64,000 bases of DNA from an uncultured Spirochaetales bacterium (GTDB lineage: Bacteria > Spirochaetota > Spirochaetia > SPDA01 > CAYXSD01): contig CAYXSD010000002.1 of assembly GCA_964466335.1 (NCBI GenBank), positions 33,238 through 97,237 on the forward strand, read 5' to 3'. A program made the position numbers and the translations under genes. The notes under the pieces were generated by a model. That model saw only the letters and a program-made list of their open reading frames with translations. It had not been told where the DNA came from and did no database searches. Shown in pieces: positions 49,133 to 59,209 of this stretch (positions are counted from its first letter, which is position 1; the number at the start of each line of letters is the position of its first letter).

Positions 49133-51124
49133 ATGGAGTATAAAAGCGAGGTACTCGCGTTACTAAAATTGTACACGAAGCGTAATCGGAGTGCTAATCT
49201 CAATTTTACTGATTTTCTCGAATTTGTTGGAAAGTATGTTCAACAATACGCACAAAAACGACCGAAACTCGCCGCCCTTAAAGAAAACACCTCCCTGCAG
49301 GTAACGGTGGAATTGGAAGAGATGGCCACTCAAGGCATCTGCACCCTTACGTACGATGATAAGGGGAAGCTCTCCTCTCTCCATTTTCCCGGCTATTTCA
49401 AGTCGGTGGTGGAGCAATACTATGTAACAATGAAGGAAGACCCGGAAATGCTCTTTCCCGATGAGGAAAGGTTGAAGTTGGAGGTCCCGGGGGATTTGAA
49501 GACGGTATTAGACGTCAAAAACGATTTTCTCAACTTTCTTGGTTCCATGTCTTTGGACGATGAGAACAAAGTAATAAAAATTACCTTCCCGGAAGATTTG
49601 AAATCCATGATTATTACGCTTCCGGTAATGCGGGAAATGCTGCTTCAGCTCTGTGTAAAGAAAATGTCCCTCTTTTTTAACAAACAGAAAAATTTAAATT
49701 ACTACAGGAACAGACTCTATTCAGTGTTTGGAAATAAGAATATTACTGTTCAGGACCTCATTACCGGAATCGTTCAGGACCAGTCCAGGGTATACGATAC
49801 CTTTCGTTCCCCCAACGATTTTCAGTTTCGATTTTGGACAACCCTTTCAAATTTGATTATTAAAGATTACAAAGATAAAGCCAATAAACTCGAGGAGGAA
49901 CATGAGATTTGCCAGGCCTGTTACCTTTTGGGGTTCTACTGCGTATATTTTAGAAAGATGGAACAGAAGGAGAAGGAGGCGGAGGGGAGTTTAAGGGAAG
50001 TGGAGCGCCTCTTTCGAAAGGAGCCGTTCCTCTACACTCTTTCCGATATATACGGGTGCAAGGACAGTAAAGGCCTGCCCGTATTAAAGAACGTTTCAAG
50101 AGAGAGGATCGACACCTTTATATCGGAGAGGAGCTCAAAACAGGAGAAGGACAAACTTCCGGAAATTGTAAGGCTTAGGACCCCGGATAAAAAAGAATAC
50201 TATGTGAGAAAAGAAGCACTCTTAGGTATATTTGTCAATCGCCGAAAAGAAATGATCCAGAAGCTTAAAAGTAAATTCCTTCAGCGATGGGTAGGGGTCC
50301 TAAAGGAACACTCCACCTTAAAGGAGATGAAGGAGGAGAGGGCCTTTACGCAGAGCATCGATCAGGCCGTTAAAGAAGAGGACCCCATATTCTACAGTAT
50401 GCTCAATTTTAGTCTCCTTTTTCTGCTTAAAGATGAGGTAAATACCAGCTACAGTGTGGACCAGGAGTTGGAACAGGTCTTGGATCTTAAGAAACAGGAC
50501 CTCGTTTCCATCCCTCAGCTTTTTCAGCTTAACCGGGAGAAGCTCTATGCTGAAGCAAGGTCCCATCTCCCCTTTATGGAAACATTGCCCGTTATTGGGG
50601 GAATCGTAGTCTTTTTGAAAAGACTCTTTGGAGGGGGCAAAAAAAAGGGAAAGAAAGGTAAGACAGGTCCTTCAGAGAAAAATGGAACTGTCTCAGCTTT
50701 TGGCGGGAATGTAATTATGGGGGAAGGAAAGCCTATGGGAGGGGGAGAAAAAGGTACTGTTAATGTTAGGGCGACGGCAAAGAAGAACCGGGCGGAATAC
50801 ACAAAGCGTGTAGCCGAATTAAAGGTACATTTCGTAGGCAAGTCGACTCCCTTGGATCAGAGGCTTCAAGAACTCATTGACAAGTGGAACCATTTGATCG
50901 ATCCCACTGCCCGAGAGCATCTCGTGGAGGATGTCAACTCAGCGGTAAGGGCGTTTTTAAGAAGGAACAACTGGGGTTCCTCCAGCCGCACTCCTTCGGT
51001 GGAGGAGATCCAGAAAATGGCAATGAGATTGGCAGAAGACAGCATGTTTACCCAGATAAAGCGGAAAGATCCATTTTGGCGTTACCTTGAGGTGTACATT
51101 GTGAGGGTACTCTCAGAAAAATAG
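49133..51124 (+). CDS. Hypothetical protein, 663 aa, one internal hydrophobic segment followed by a Gly/Lys-rich stretch
   Basis: A long ORF with coding-like composition and no motif I can recognise. Confidence 0.4.
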   Translation: MEYKSEVLALLKLYTKRNRSANLNFTDFLEFVGKYVQQYAQKRPKLAALKENTSLQVTVELEEMATQGICTLTYDDKGKLSSLHFPGYFKSVVEQYYVTMKEDPEMLFPDEERLKLEVPGDLKTVLDVKNDFLNFLGSMSLDDENKVIKITFPEDLKSMIITLPVMREMLLQLCVKKMSLFFNKQKNLNYYRNRLYSVFGNKNITVQDLITGIVQDQSRVYDTFRSPNDFQFRFWTTLSNLIIKDYKDKANKLEEEHEICQACYLLGFYCVYFRKMEQKEKEAEGSLREVERLFRKEPFLYTLSDIYGCKDSKGLPVLKNVSRERIDTFISERSSKQEKDKLPEIVRLRTPDKKEYYVRKEALLGIFVNRRKEMIQKLKSKFLQRWVGVLKEHSTLKEMKEERAFTQSIDQAVKEEDPIFYSMLNFSLLFLLKDEVNTSYSVDQELEQVLDLKKQDLVSIPQLFQLNREKLYAEARSHLPFMETLPVIGGIVVFLKRLFGGGKKKGKKGKTGPSEKNGTVSAFGGNVIMGEGKPMGGGEKGTVNVRATAKKNRAEYTKRVAELKVHFVGKSTPLDQRLQELIDKWNHLIDPTAREHLVEDVNSAVRAFLRRNNWGSSSRTPSVEEIQKMAMRLAEDSMFTQIKRKDPFWRYLEVYIVRVLSEK

Positions 51125-51149
51125 GAGTTGTTCGAATAAAAAATCTGGA

Positions 51150-51716
51150 TTATTCTACTTTTCTATTTATTAAGTGAAGAAATTCTTGACGAGTAGTAAG
51201 ACTGCGCTTGAAGTTTCCCAGCACCGAGGAGGTGGTCATTACGGAATTCTGCTTCTCCACCCCCCGCATCATCATACAGAGATGGCGGCATTCCATAACA
51301 ACCCCTACTCCTTGGGCATCGGCCGTTTTTAGCACCGTCTCCGCGATTTCCGCGGTAAGGCGTTCCTGGATCTGCAGGCGCCTGCTGTACATATCAACAA
51401 TCCGAGCGATCTTTGAGACCCCTAACACCTGGTTTTCCGCAATGTACCCTATATGACACCTTCCGTAGAAGGGCAGCATATGGTGTTCACAGAGACTGTA
51501 CACCTCAATGTCCCGCACAATGATCATGTTGTTGGCTTCCGATTCAAAGACGGCGTCGTTTACAATATCATCTAGGTCCATCCTGTAACCGCTGGTAAGA
51601 AAATTCCAGGCTTTAGCCACCCTGTCGGGCGTGTTCTGAAGACCCTCCCTCTTAGGATCTTCGCCAAGTTCAATCAAAAGTTCGCGGATCAGTCTTTTTA
51701 CCTTTTCATGGTCCAT
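51150..51716 (-). CDS. folE: GTP cyclohydrolase I
   Basis: 188 aa with the FolE active-site region [18 protein letters not shown]. Confidence 0.85.
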   Translation of the reverse strand: MDHEKVKRLIRELLIELGEDPKREGLQNTPDRVAKAWNFLTSGYRMDLDDIVNDAVFESEANNMIIVRDIEVYSLCEHHMLPFYGRCHIGYIAENQVLGVSKIARIVDMYSRRLQIQERLTAEIAETVLKTADAQGVGVVMECRHLCMMMRGVEKQNSVMTTSSVLGNFKRSLTTRQEFLHLINRKVE

Positions 51717-51855
51717 AATGCTTCCTCTGTTTTTTGTCTCTGTTCCTTATGTGAGGGCTGTCCCCGTTAAGATGGAGAGAAATTGTATTCTGTCCTTATC
51801 CGATCGTAAAGTAAGAATAATCGGTACCCGGGATCAACCAATAATGCCTGCCGTG

Positions 51856-54546
51856 TTAGGCTTTTTCGACCTTCACTGCACAGACCTTGAACTCCGGTAT
51901 CTTCGCAATCGGGTCCAAGGCGTCATTGGTGAGGATGTTCGCGGCAGCCTCCTTGAAGTGGAACGCCATAAAGACGGAGCCCGGTCTCGATCGCTTTGTT
52001 ACCACCGCCCGGGCGGTAACGGTACCGCGGCGGGAGGAGATTCGTGCGTTTTCCCCATCTGATATTGCCAAGGCTTCCGCGTCGACGGGGTGAATTTCTA
52101 CAAACCCGTCGGGCCTTACTTCATCCAGTCCCTCTGACCTTCTTGACATAGTACCGGTGTGGAAGTGATAGAGGATTCTCCCTGTGGTGAGAGCATAGGG
52201 ATACTCCTCGTCGGGAAGTTCCGCCGGATCGATGAAGTCCACAGCACTAAACAGCCCCTTCCCTCTGGCAAAAGCGTCCTTATGGAGGTAGGGAGTGCCC
52301 GGGTGGTCCTTTGTGGGGCAGGGCCACTGGAGGCCCATCCTTTCAATCCGTTTGTGTGTTATTCCGCCGTAGATCGGCATAACCGAGTTAATTTCCTCCA
52401 TGATGTGACTGGTACTGTCGTAGCGCATAGGATACCCCATTCTGCTGCTCACATCGCAGAGAATTTCCCAGTCCAGGCGTGCTTCTCCCGGGGCGGGCCG
52501 AATCTCCCGAAGGAGTTGGACCCTTCGTTCAGTGTTGGTAAAGGTTCCGTCCTTTTCGGCAAAACTCGCGGCGGGGAGTACTACATCAGCATACTCAGCT
52601 GTATCAGAGAGAAAGATATCCTGAACAACAATGAACTCCATTGCCTCCAGGTCCTTCTTGACCCTGTTTATGTTGGGATCGCTTAGGAAGGGGTTTTCAC
52701 CCATGATATACATACCTCGTATGGAGCCGTCCTCTGCTCCATGAAGCATCTCTACCACCGTCAATCCCAGATCGGGCGAGAGCGAAGTCTTCCAGGCCTC
52801 CTCGAATTTCTTTTGAAGCATTTCGTCCGTGACCTTCTGGTATCCCGGATACACATTGGGAAGGGCCCCTAAGTCGCAGGCCCCCTGAACGTTGTTCTGG
52901 CCCCTTAAAGGATTCACCCCGGTGTGTTTTTTCCCAATATTCCCGGTGAGCATCGCTAAGTTAGCCAGACTCAAGACATTGTCCGTGCCCGTGGTGTGTT
53001 GGGTAATCCCCATGCTGTAAACGATAGAGGCGGTCCCGGCGGTCGCGTACATCCTAGCCGCTTTTACAATGTCCTCCGCCGGTACACCGCTAATCTCCGA
53101 GGCACGTTTCGGTTCGTACTTCAGAACAACTTCGCGGAACTGTTCATAGTTTTCCGTCCTCTCGGCGATAAACTCCTCATCCGCCAATCCCTCGTTGATG
53201 ATAACATTCATGATGCCGTTAAAAAGGGCAACATCAGTTCCCGATTTATGCCTCAACCAAAGGTCGGCGAAAGGGACCAGCCCGATCCGTCTGGGGTCCG
53301 CTACTATGAGGTTCCCCCCGTTTTTCTCCACTGCTGCTTTAATGTCCAAGGCAATAATGGGATGGGCCTCGGTAGTGTTGGACCCTGTAACCAAAATACA
53401 GTCGGCGTTCCTCAGTTCCGCCATGGAGTTGGTCATTGCGCCGGAGCCGAAGGCCCTGGCGAGACCGGTAACGGTGGAAGAGTGGCAGAGTCTGGCGCAG
53501 TGGTCCACATTGTTCGTGCCGATACAGGCGCGGATGAATTTCTGAAAAATGTAGTTTTCTTCGTTGGTGCACTTCGCGCTGGAAAGTCCGCCAATGGCGT
53601 TGGGGCCGTATTTTTCCTTGATCTTGGTAAGATTTTCCGCCGTGTAGCTTAAAGCCTCTTCCCAGGATGTTTCCTCGAAGGATCCGTTTCGTTTTATCAG
53701 GGGCTTCGTTAACCGTTCCGGATGATCGATGAATTCGGTACCGAATTTACCCTTCACACAGAGGTTCCCGTTATTGACAGTGTTTTTGTCCGGGGTGGTA
53801 ACCTTAACCAGTTTGTTCTCTTTGGTGTGCATCTCCAGGGTACAGCCGCAACCGCAGTAGGGGCAGATCGTTTTTTCGCTTGTAAGTTCCCACTCTCTCC
53901 CCTTACCGATACGGTTTTTCTCAATAAGCGCACCAACGGGGCAAACGCTTATACAACGTCCGCAGGAAACACAGGTGGTATCTTGGAGTTTTCGGTCGAA
54001 AGCAGTGGCAATGGTAGCGGGAAATCCCCGGGCTCCGATGTTTATAGCCCGATCGAATTGGACTTCATTGCAGACATAAACGCAGCGACCGCAGAGGATA
54101 CACTTGTCGTAATCCCGGACAATAAAGGGATCATCATCTCTGATACCCCTTTCATTTCGTTCACCCTCGAAGGAGGGGCGGGTAATACCGAATTCGTAGG
54201 CGTACTTTTCCAGGAGACAGGTACCGCTTTTTTCACAGGTAATGCAGTCCACCTTGTGGTCCGAGAGGATCAACTCCAGGTTGAAGCGTCTCGCGTTACG
54301 GACGCGTTCCGTATCTGTATGTACCACCATTCCCTCGGCGGCCGCGTGAGAACAGGATGCGGCGAGGGACCTCATTCCTTCTACCTCTACCACACAAAGG
54401 CGGCAGGAGCTCATGGGGGGGAGGTCTTCACCGTAACAGAGGTGGGGTATTTCCACACCGGCCTTTTTAGCTGCCCAGTAGAGGGTCACTCCATTCTGTA
54501 CTGAAATTTTCTTTCCGTCTATTGTTAATGTAATATTGCTGCTCAT
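51856..54546 (-). CDS. fdhA: Molybdopterin-containing formate dehydrogenase alpha subunit (FdsA/FdhA type, NuoG-like N-terminus fused to a MopB catalytic domain), Cys-type
   Basis: N-terminal plant-type [2Fe-2S] motif. A His-Cys3 [4Fe-4S] motif (HKVDCITCEKSGTC), two CxxCxxCxxxCP ferredoxin motifs and the MopB cluster CPYCGCGC follow. CARLCHSST aligns to the FdhF RVUHGPS active site with Cys in place of Sec. There is no in-frame TGA. Confidence 0.6.
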   Translation of the reverse strand: MSSNITLTIDGKKISVQNGVTLYWAAKKAGVEIPHLCYGEDLPPMSSCRLCVVEVEGMRSLAASCSHAAAEGMVVHTDTERVRNARRFNLELILSDHKVDCITCEKSGTCLLEKYAYEFGITRPSFEGERNERGIRDDDPFIVRDYDKCILCGRCVYVCNEVQFDRAINIGARGFPATIATAFDRKLQDTTCVSCGRCISVCPVGALIEKNRIGKGREWELTSEKTICPYCGCGCTLEMHTKENKLVKVTTPDKNTVNNGNLCVKGKFGTEFIDHPERLTKPLIKRNGSFEETSWEEALSYTAENLTKIKEKYGPNAIGGLSSAKCTNEENYIFQKFIRACIGTNNVDHCARLCHSSTVTGLARAFGSGAMTNSMAELRNADCILVTGSNTTEAHPIIALDIKAAVEKNGGNLIVADPRRIGLVPFADLWLRHKSGTDVALFNGIMNVIINEGLADEEFIAERTENYEQFREVVLKYEPKRASEISGVPAEDIVKAARMYATAGTASIVYSMGITQHTTGTDNVLSLANLAMLTGNIGKKHTGVNPLRGQNNVQGACDLGALPNVYPGYQKVTDEMLQKKFEEAWKTSLSPDLGLTVVEMLHGAEDGSIRGMYIMGENPFLSDPNINRVKKDLEAMEFIVVQDIFLSDTAEYADVVLPAASFAEKDGTFTNTERRVQLLREIRPAPGEARLDWEILCDVSSRMGYPMRYDSTSHIMEEINSVMPIYGGITHKRIERMGLQWPCPTKDHPGTPYLHKDAFARGKGLFSAVDFIDPAELPDEEYPYALTTGRILYHFHTGTMSRRSEGLDEVRPDGFVEIHPVDAEALAISDGENARISSRRGTVTARAVVTKRSRPGSVFMAFHFKEAAANILTNDALDPIAKIPEFKVCAVKVEKA

Positions 54547-54572
54547 GGTAACTTCCTTTTAACCTACTAGGA

Positions 54573-56366
54573 TCATGAAACTTTAATGGCATCGAAGCGG
54601 CATGTGCTTAGACACATTCCACACTTAATACACTTATCCTGATCAATGACATGGACCTGCTTCGCCTCCCCGCTGATTGCGTCGACGGGACAGGCCTTAA
54701 AACAGGCATGACATCCGGTACAGTTCTCTTCAACTACGGTGTACTGGATGAGGTTTTTACAGACCCCCGCGGGACAGCGTTTTTCTTTGATATGCGCGTC
54801 ATACTCATGACGGAAATACTTCAATGTGGTGAGCACAGGATTTGGGGCGGTCTGCCCAAGGGCACAGAGGGCGGAGTCCTTAATAGCGTAGGCGGCGTTT
54901 TCCAGGATCTCGATGTCTTTTTCCGTTCCCCGTCCTTCGCAGATTGCCGTTAAGGTTTCCAGCATGCGTTTGGTACCGATCCTGCAGGGGACACATTTTC
55001 CGCAGGACTCCTCCTGGGTAAAGGAAAGAAAGTAACGGGCCACCTCTACCATGCATGTGGTTTCGTCCATAACGATCATTCCGCCTGAGCCCATAATACA
55101 ACCGGCTTTTATAAGCGACTCGAAATCTACGGTGATGTCCAAAAGAGATTCGGGAATACAGCCCCCGGAGGGCCCCCCGGTCTGGACAGCCTTAAATTTT
55201 TTGCCGTTAGGAATACCGCCGCCAATGTCGTAGATAATCTCCTTCAAGGTTATTCCCATGGGGACCTCTACCAAACCGGTATTGTTGACTTTTCCCACTA
55301 GTGAAAAAACTTTGGTGCCTTTACTGGTTTCTGTTCCGATGGATGAGAACATCTCAGCTCCGTGGTGAATGATTCGCGGAACATTGGCGAAGGTTTCTAC
55401 ATTATTGATATTAGTGGGTTTTCCCATATAACCGGCTTGGGCGGGGTAGGGCGGTTTTACCCGCGGCTGGGGCAGTCGGCCTTCCAGGGAGTTAATAAGG
55501 GAGGTTTCCTCTCCGCACACGAAAGCCCCCGCTCCGCGATGGACAGAGAGATCAAAGTTGAAACCGCTTCCGAGGATGTCCTCTCCTAAGAGACCGTAAT
55601 CCCTCGCCTGGTCAATGGCTAAAAGGACCCTCTTCAATGCCAGGGGATATTCGTTTCTAATATAGATAAATCCCTCATGAGCACCAATAGCCCTGGCCCC
55701 GATAATCATTCCTTCTAAGACCGCATGGGGATCGGATTCCACGATGGACCGGTCCATAAAGGCACCGGGGTCCCCCTCGTCGGCGTTACAAATAATATAC
55801 TTCTCTTCGCCTGGCTGGTCTTTACAGATCTTCCACTTTCTTCCAGTGGGAAACCCGGCCCCGCCCCGGCCTCGGAGGCCCGAGTTAAGTATTTCCTCTA
55901 CTATATCATCCGGAGTCATCTGGGTAAGTGCTTTTGCCAGGGCTTTGTAGCCCTCGCGGCCTATGTACTCGTCGATACTTTCAGGGTCGACAATCCCCCG
56001 GTTTGCCAGGGCGATAAGGCGCTGTTTCTTGAAGAAACCGATATCGCTCATTTTGGGGATCGGGGCTTCCTCCTTGGAAGGAGTGTACATGAGTTTTGGA
56101 ACAGGCCTCCCTTTTAGGAAATGTTCTTCCACCAAATAGGGGATGACCTCCTCAGTGAGGAGTTGATAGAAAATTCCATCCGGCTGGACTACCACAATAG
56201 GACCGTTGGCGCAGAAACCGTTACAGCCGGTAGTAACCACTTGGATTTCATTTTCCAATTTATGCTTTTTTAGTTCTTTTTCCAGGGTCTCTTTGATCTC
56301 AAAGGCGCCGTTGGAAACACAACCGGTACCAGTGCAGACCATTAGGTTCATTCTATAACGTGCCAT
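54573..56366 (-). CDS. NuoF-like NAD(P)H-binding flavoprotein subunit (HydB/HndC/FdhB type) with an N-terminal [2Fe-2S] and C-terminal 2x[4Fe-4S]
   Basis: GRGGAGFPTGRKW supplies the FMN/NADH motifs and ESCGKCVPCRIG the [4Fe-4S]. The N-terminal thioredoxin-like Cys motif is MVCTGTGC...GCNGFC. The C-terminus carries CTGCHACFKACP and CIKCGMCLSTC. Confidence 0.8.
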   Translation of the reverse strand: MARYRMNLMVCTGTGCVSNGAFEIKETLEKELKKHKLENEIQVVTTGCNGFCANGPIVVVQPDGIFYQLLTEEVIPYLVEEHFLKGRPVPKLMYTPSKEEAPIPKMSDIGFFKKQRLIALANRGIVDPESIDEYIGREGYKALAKALTQMTPDDIVEEILNSGLRGRGGAGFPTGRKWKICKDQPGEEKYIICNADEGDPGAFMDRSIVESDPHAVLEGMIIGARAIGAHEGFIYIRNEYPLALKRVLLAIDQARDYGLLGEDILGSGFNFDLSVHRGAGAFVCGEETSLINSLEGRLPQPRVKPPYPAQAGYMGKPTNINNVETFANVPRIIHHGAEMFSSIGTETSKGTKVFSLVGKVNNTGLVEVPMGITLKEIIYDIGGGIPNGKKFKAVQTGGPSGGCIPESLLDITVDFESLIKAGCIMGSGGMIVMDETTCMVEVARYFLSFTQEESCGKCVPCRIGTKRMLETLTAICEGRGTEKDIEILENAAYAIKDSALCALGQTAPNPVLTTLKYFRHEYDAHIKEKRCPAGVCKNLIQYTVVEENCTGCHACFKACPVDAISGEAKQVHVIDQDKCIKCGMCLSTCRFDAIKVS

Positions 56367-56746
56367 TACGATATCCTTTCGCTTCCGATTGCCAGCGCGT
56401 AGTCTTCAACGATTTCTCCGCCCAATACATGTCCGGAGAAGATTTTCTTTACCTTATCGCTGTTTAAATCGATGTATTTTACCGGGGCGGAACCTTGAAT
56501 TTCAATAGTTGCCATAGGTTCTTTGCTGCAAAGCCCGGCACATCCGGAAGTGGTAAGAATAATGTCCTTGGCGTCCACATTCTCGATTTCATTCATAAAG
56601 GTGGTAAGGATTTCCCTCGCTCCCGAGGCAATGCCGCAGGTCCCCATGTGGACTGTAATCTTTACTCTTCCAGCTCCCTCGCGAAGCTGGGTGGTCGATC
56701 TCATATTCTGGCTTATTTTGTCCAGGTCTTCCGGTTTTAGCTTCAT
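56366..56746 (-). CDS. Small HndB/HydD-like thioredoxin-fold ferredoxin-like subunit
   Basis: 126 aa, translationally coupled (ATGA overlap) to the nuoF-like gene. Only three Cys are present (TCGIASG, SGCAGLC). The assignment rests on size and position. Confidence 0.45.
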   Translation of the reverse strand: MKLKPEDLDKISQNMRSTTQLREGAGRVKITVHMGTCGIASGAREILTTFMNEIENVDAKDIILTTSGCAGLCSKEPMATIEIQGSAPVKYIDLNSDKVKKIFSGHVLGGEIVEDYALAIGSERIS

Positions 56747-56750
56747 ACCA

Positions 56751-57194
56751 TTACTCCTTTTCCTCTTTATTGGTGTCCCTTGTATTCCTATATCTATAGA
56801 TAAACGAAATCTCCGGATGTGTGAACTCCATTACCCGGATTGTTTCGGCTAAATCCCCCATCGGTTTGCGGTCCGGGTGGCTCCACTTGAAAGTCGCTAT
56901 GAGGCGGGTCCCGCCACCTGTTTTGGATTCTACAACAAGTTTGCCTTCGGCGTCACGTGCCGATTGGGCCAATAGGGGGACCCCCAACCCGATTCGCTTG
57001 TTTTCCTTGGAGCTAAAGAAGGGATCGGTTACATTTTTCATTGTGGTCTCGTCCATACCTTCACCGTCGTCTATTATCTCCAATTTGAGGATGTCCGTTT
57101 CCTGGTCCTCTGTAACATCGATGGTGATGTTCTCCGCCCCGGCCCGGATCGAATTATCCACAATGTCCAGAATATGCAATGATATGTCCTCCAT
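56751..57194 (-). CDS. Stand-alone GHKL (histidine-kinase-like) ATPase domain protein
   Basis: 147 aa with HATPase_c N-, G1- and G2-box-like motifs (LDIVDNSIRAG, IIDDGEGMD, GLGVPL). There is no HisKA or DHp domain. Confidence 0.65.
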   Translation of the reverse strand: MEDISLHILDIVDNSIRAGAENITIDVTEDQETDILKLEIIDDGEGMDETTMKNVTDPFFSSKENKRIGLGVPLLAQSARDAEGKLVVESKTGGGTRLIATFKWSHPDRKPMGDLAETIRVMEFTHPEISFIYRYRNTRDTNKEEKE

Positions 57195-57202
57195 ACCTCT
57201 CC

Positions 57203-57949
57203 CTAAAACTGAATTGATGAAAGGATTCTCCTTCCTTCTTGTTCTTTCACCGCTAATTGAAGTTCTCGGACCGTTGGGGTTTTCAGGAGGAACTCCGTTT
57301 TTGTCGTTCCGATGTCTCTTGGCTCATGGGCATCGGAGAAGGTGACAAAGGGGAAGCCCAGCCCCTTAAACTGGAAGGGGGAATGGTTATAGTTTCTCGA
57401 AAGTTCCAAGGCGTCCAAGGCCGTGTCCTCCGGGATAATACCCAACTGGCTTATGATTCCGTAGGCCTCCCTGTCAATATGGGATGCAATAGCGATTCCG
57501 CCGAATTCGTGAATTTTGGTAACGATTGTTTCAAGTTCTAAATCTGTTGCTCCAATAAGAAGATGTTCGTTCAATCCCGTTATGTAATCCTCATGGTCTA
57601 CGATGTACTGAGGCCCGAAAATGTCAGGATTGTTATCGCCGGGAAGATGAGAATAAATAATCCTCTGCATTTCTTCCAAGCCTTCTGCATGATCGAAATC
57701 AAAGATCCCGAGGAGATGTATTTCAGACTGAGTGGTTATCTCCATTCCACCTAGCACGGTCAGGGACGTTCCCTCCGCCGCCCTCCGTACTGCCTGCCAG
57801 TTCTCCGAGGCATTGTGGTCGCAGATGGCAATGGCCTGAAGTCCAGCTTTCAGAGCAGCGGCTACAATAGTGGTGGGGACACTTTTAGAGGCGCCGCAGG
57901 GGGAAAGGCAGGTGTGAATGTGCAAGTCCATGGAGAACCTCTTAAGCAT
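57203..57949 (-). CDS. PHP-domain phosphoesterase
   Basis: MDLHIHTCLSPCG...AICDHN is the PHP metal-binding His motif. The start is set at M(LKRF) at 57949. The ORF-table start at 57997 overlaps the upstream gene by 56 nt. Confidence 0.6.
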   Translation of the reverse strand: MLKRFSMDLHIHTCLSPCGASKSVPTTIVAAALKAGLQAIAICDHNASENWQAVRRAAEGTSLTVLGGMEITTQSEIHLLGIFDFDHAEGLEEMQRIIYSHLPGDNNPDIFGPQYIVDHEDYITGLNEHLLIGATDLELETIVTKIHEFGGIAIASHIDREAYGIISQLGIIPEDTALDALELSRNYNHSPFQFKGLGFPFVTFSDAHEPRDIGTTKTEFLLKTPTVRELQLAVKEQEGRRILSSIQF

Positions 57950-58292
57950 CCTTCTGTCCGGGGAGCCCGGCTTTGTAGAGCCTTCCTGCCATCTCAAAGG
58001 CCGGGAGCCGGCTTACCAGTAGGGGCATCTTTTCCGATTTTGCCTTTTCCAGGGTCGCCTCTTCCGGCCTTCTGCCTCCAATAAGAACGATCCCGCTGAG
58101 TTCCTTCATTAGGGCTACAGCGACAATATTAATATGGATCTGCAGAGTAATCCAAAGATCGTCTTTTTGGGCGTTGCCTATGACGTCGCTTAAAAGATCG
58201 CTGGCGTATCCGCATCGCACTTCCCGATCGAGATCGGATTCACCGGACAGTACTTCCAGATCGAATTGTTCCACGATATCACTCAGTTTCAT
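57942..58292 (-). CDS. DRTGG-domain protein
   Basis: 116 aa. It resembles the DRTGG domain seen with CBS domains and phosphotransacetylase N-termini (LLSDVIGN...IVLIGGRRP...LLVSRL). It overlaps the CBS/GHKL gene by 4 nt. Confidence 0.5.
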   Translation of the reverse strand: MKLSDIVEQFDLEVLSGESDLDREVRCGYASDLLSDVIGNAQKDDLWITLQIHINIVAVALMKELSGIVLIGGRRPEEATLEKAKSEKMPLLVSRLPAFEMAGRLYKAGLPGQKDA

Positions 58293-59209
58293 GGTCCCTC
58301 CAGGGGAATTGTGCTCCTTAGGGTGGTCCCCTCTCCTACCATAGAGGTAATGGAGAATTCTTCGGAGTTTTTCTTGATGTTTGGCAAACCCATTCCTGCT
58401 CCGAACCCCAATTCCCTAATCCAGTCCGGTGCAGTGGAGTATCCCGGCATCATTACCTTTTCTATATCCTCAATACCGGGGCCCTTGTCGGTTATTTCTA
58501 TCAGAATCTTTTCCTTGTCGAGCTTTGCTTTAATTTTTCCTCCTCCCCCGTAGAGTATACAGTTCATCTCCGCCTCGTAAAACACTATGGACGCTCGAGT
58601 TACAATGTCGGGATGGATATTCAGATAGGAGAGATTTTTGCGGAATTTACTGGAAATTTCTCCTCCCACTTCGATCTTTCCCCCGGGTACGGAGTAAGAG
58701 AAGGAGAGTTCTGTGTGGTCCGAGACTACTTCATGAAAGAAGTGGAATTTGCTGAAATCTTCCATTTCTTTCTGATAGAAATCGATATCCAAGGCCTTTA
58801 ATAGGCAGATAATAACATCGAATTTGGTAATAACCCCAATAAGCAACCCGGTTTCTCGTTCTATTACCGGAAATTCATAGAACCGGTACTGTTCGAAATG
58901 TCTGATGGCTTCTACCAGGGGTTCATCGTCGAAGAGGGTCACCACATCCTTTGACATCCGGTGGGTCACCTCCACTTCTTCCTTCCCGTTCTGAAGCCAG
59001 TTAATGTAGTCTTCTACACTGATGATCCCTATGAGGTGTTTATCCTCAATCACCGGTGCGGCGGTGATCTTTTGGCTCCGCAGTATAGACCGGACCTCGC
59101 TCATTTTGGTGTCCTTGGAAATGGTGCAAACATCCAGCTCCACAGCGTCCCGTAATTTTAATTCGTAAAACAATTCCTGGACCTTGTGGATATGCTGTAG
59201 ACGCTTCAT
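58289..59209 (-). CDS. CBS-pair plus GHKL ATPase domain protein
   Basis: Two CBS-like motifs in the N-terminal half (ITAAPVIEDKHLIGIISVEDY, EFPVIERETGLLIGVITKFD). A C-terminal HATPase_c follows (ITDKGPGIED...GFGAGMGLPN...GEGTTL). Confidence 0.65.
   Translation of the reverse strand: MKRLQHIHKVQELFYELKLRDAVELDVCTISKDTKMSEVRSILRSQKITAAPVIEDKHLIGIISVEDYINWLQNGKEEVEVTHRMSKDVVTLFDDEPLVEAIRHFEQYRFYEFPVIERETGLLIGVITKFDVIICLLKALDIDFYQKEMEDFSKFHFFHEVVSDHTELSFSYSVPGGKIEVGGEISSKFRKNLSYLNIHPDIVTRASIVFYEAEMNCILYGGGGKIKAKLDKEKILIEITDKGPGIEDIEKVMMPGYSTAPDWIRELGFGAGMGLPNIKKNSEEFSITSMVGEGTTLRSTIPLEGP

Noticed and set aside
51718-54504. Plus-strand ORFs (114-260 aa) across the formate dehydrogenase alpha gene
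   Set aside because: They are shadow ORFs on the strand opposite a 896-aa ORF with an intact domain series, and carry no motifs.
51856-54546. Possible selenocysteine in the formate dehydrogenase
   Set aside because: The ORF has no in-frame TGA. The position aligned to the FdhF Sec reads Cys (RLCHSS), so this is a Cys-type enzyme.
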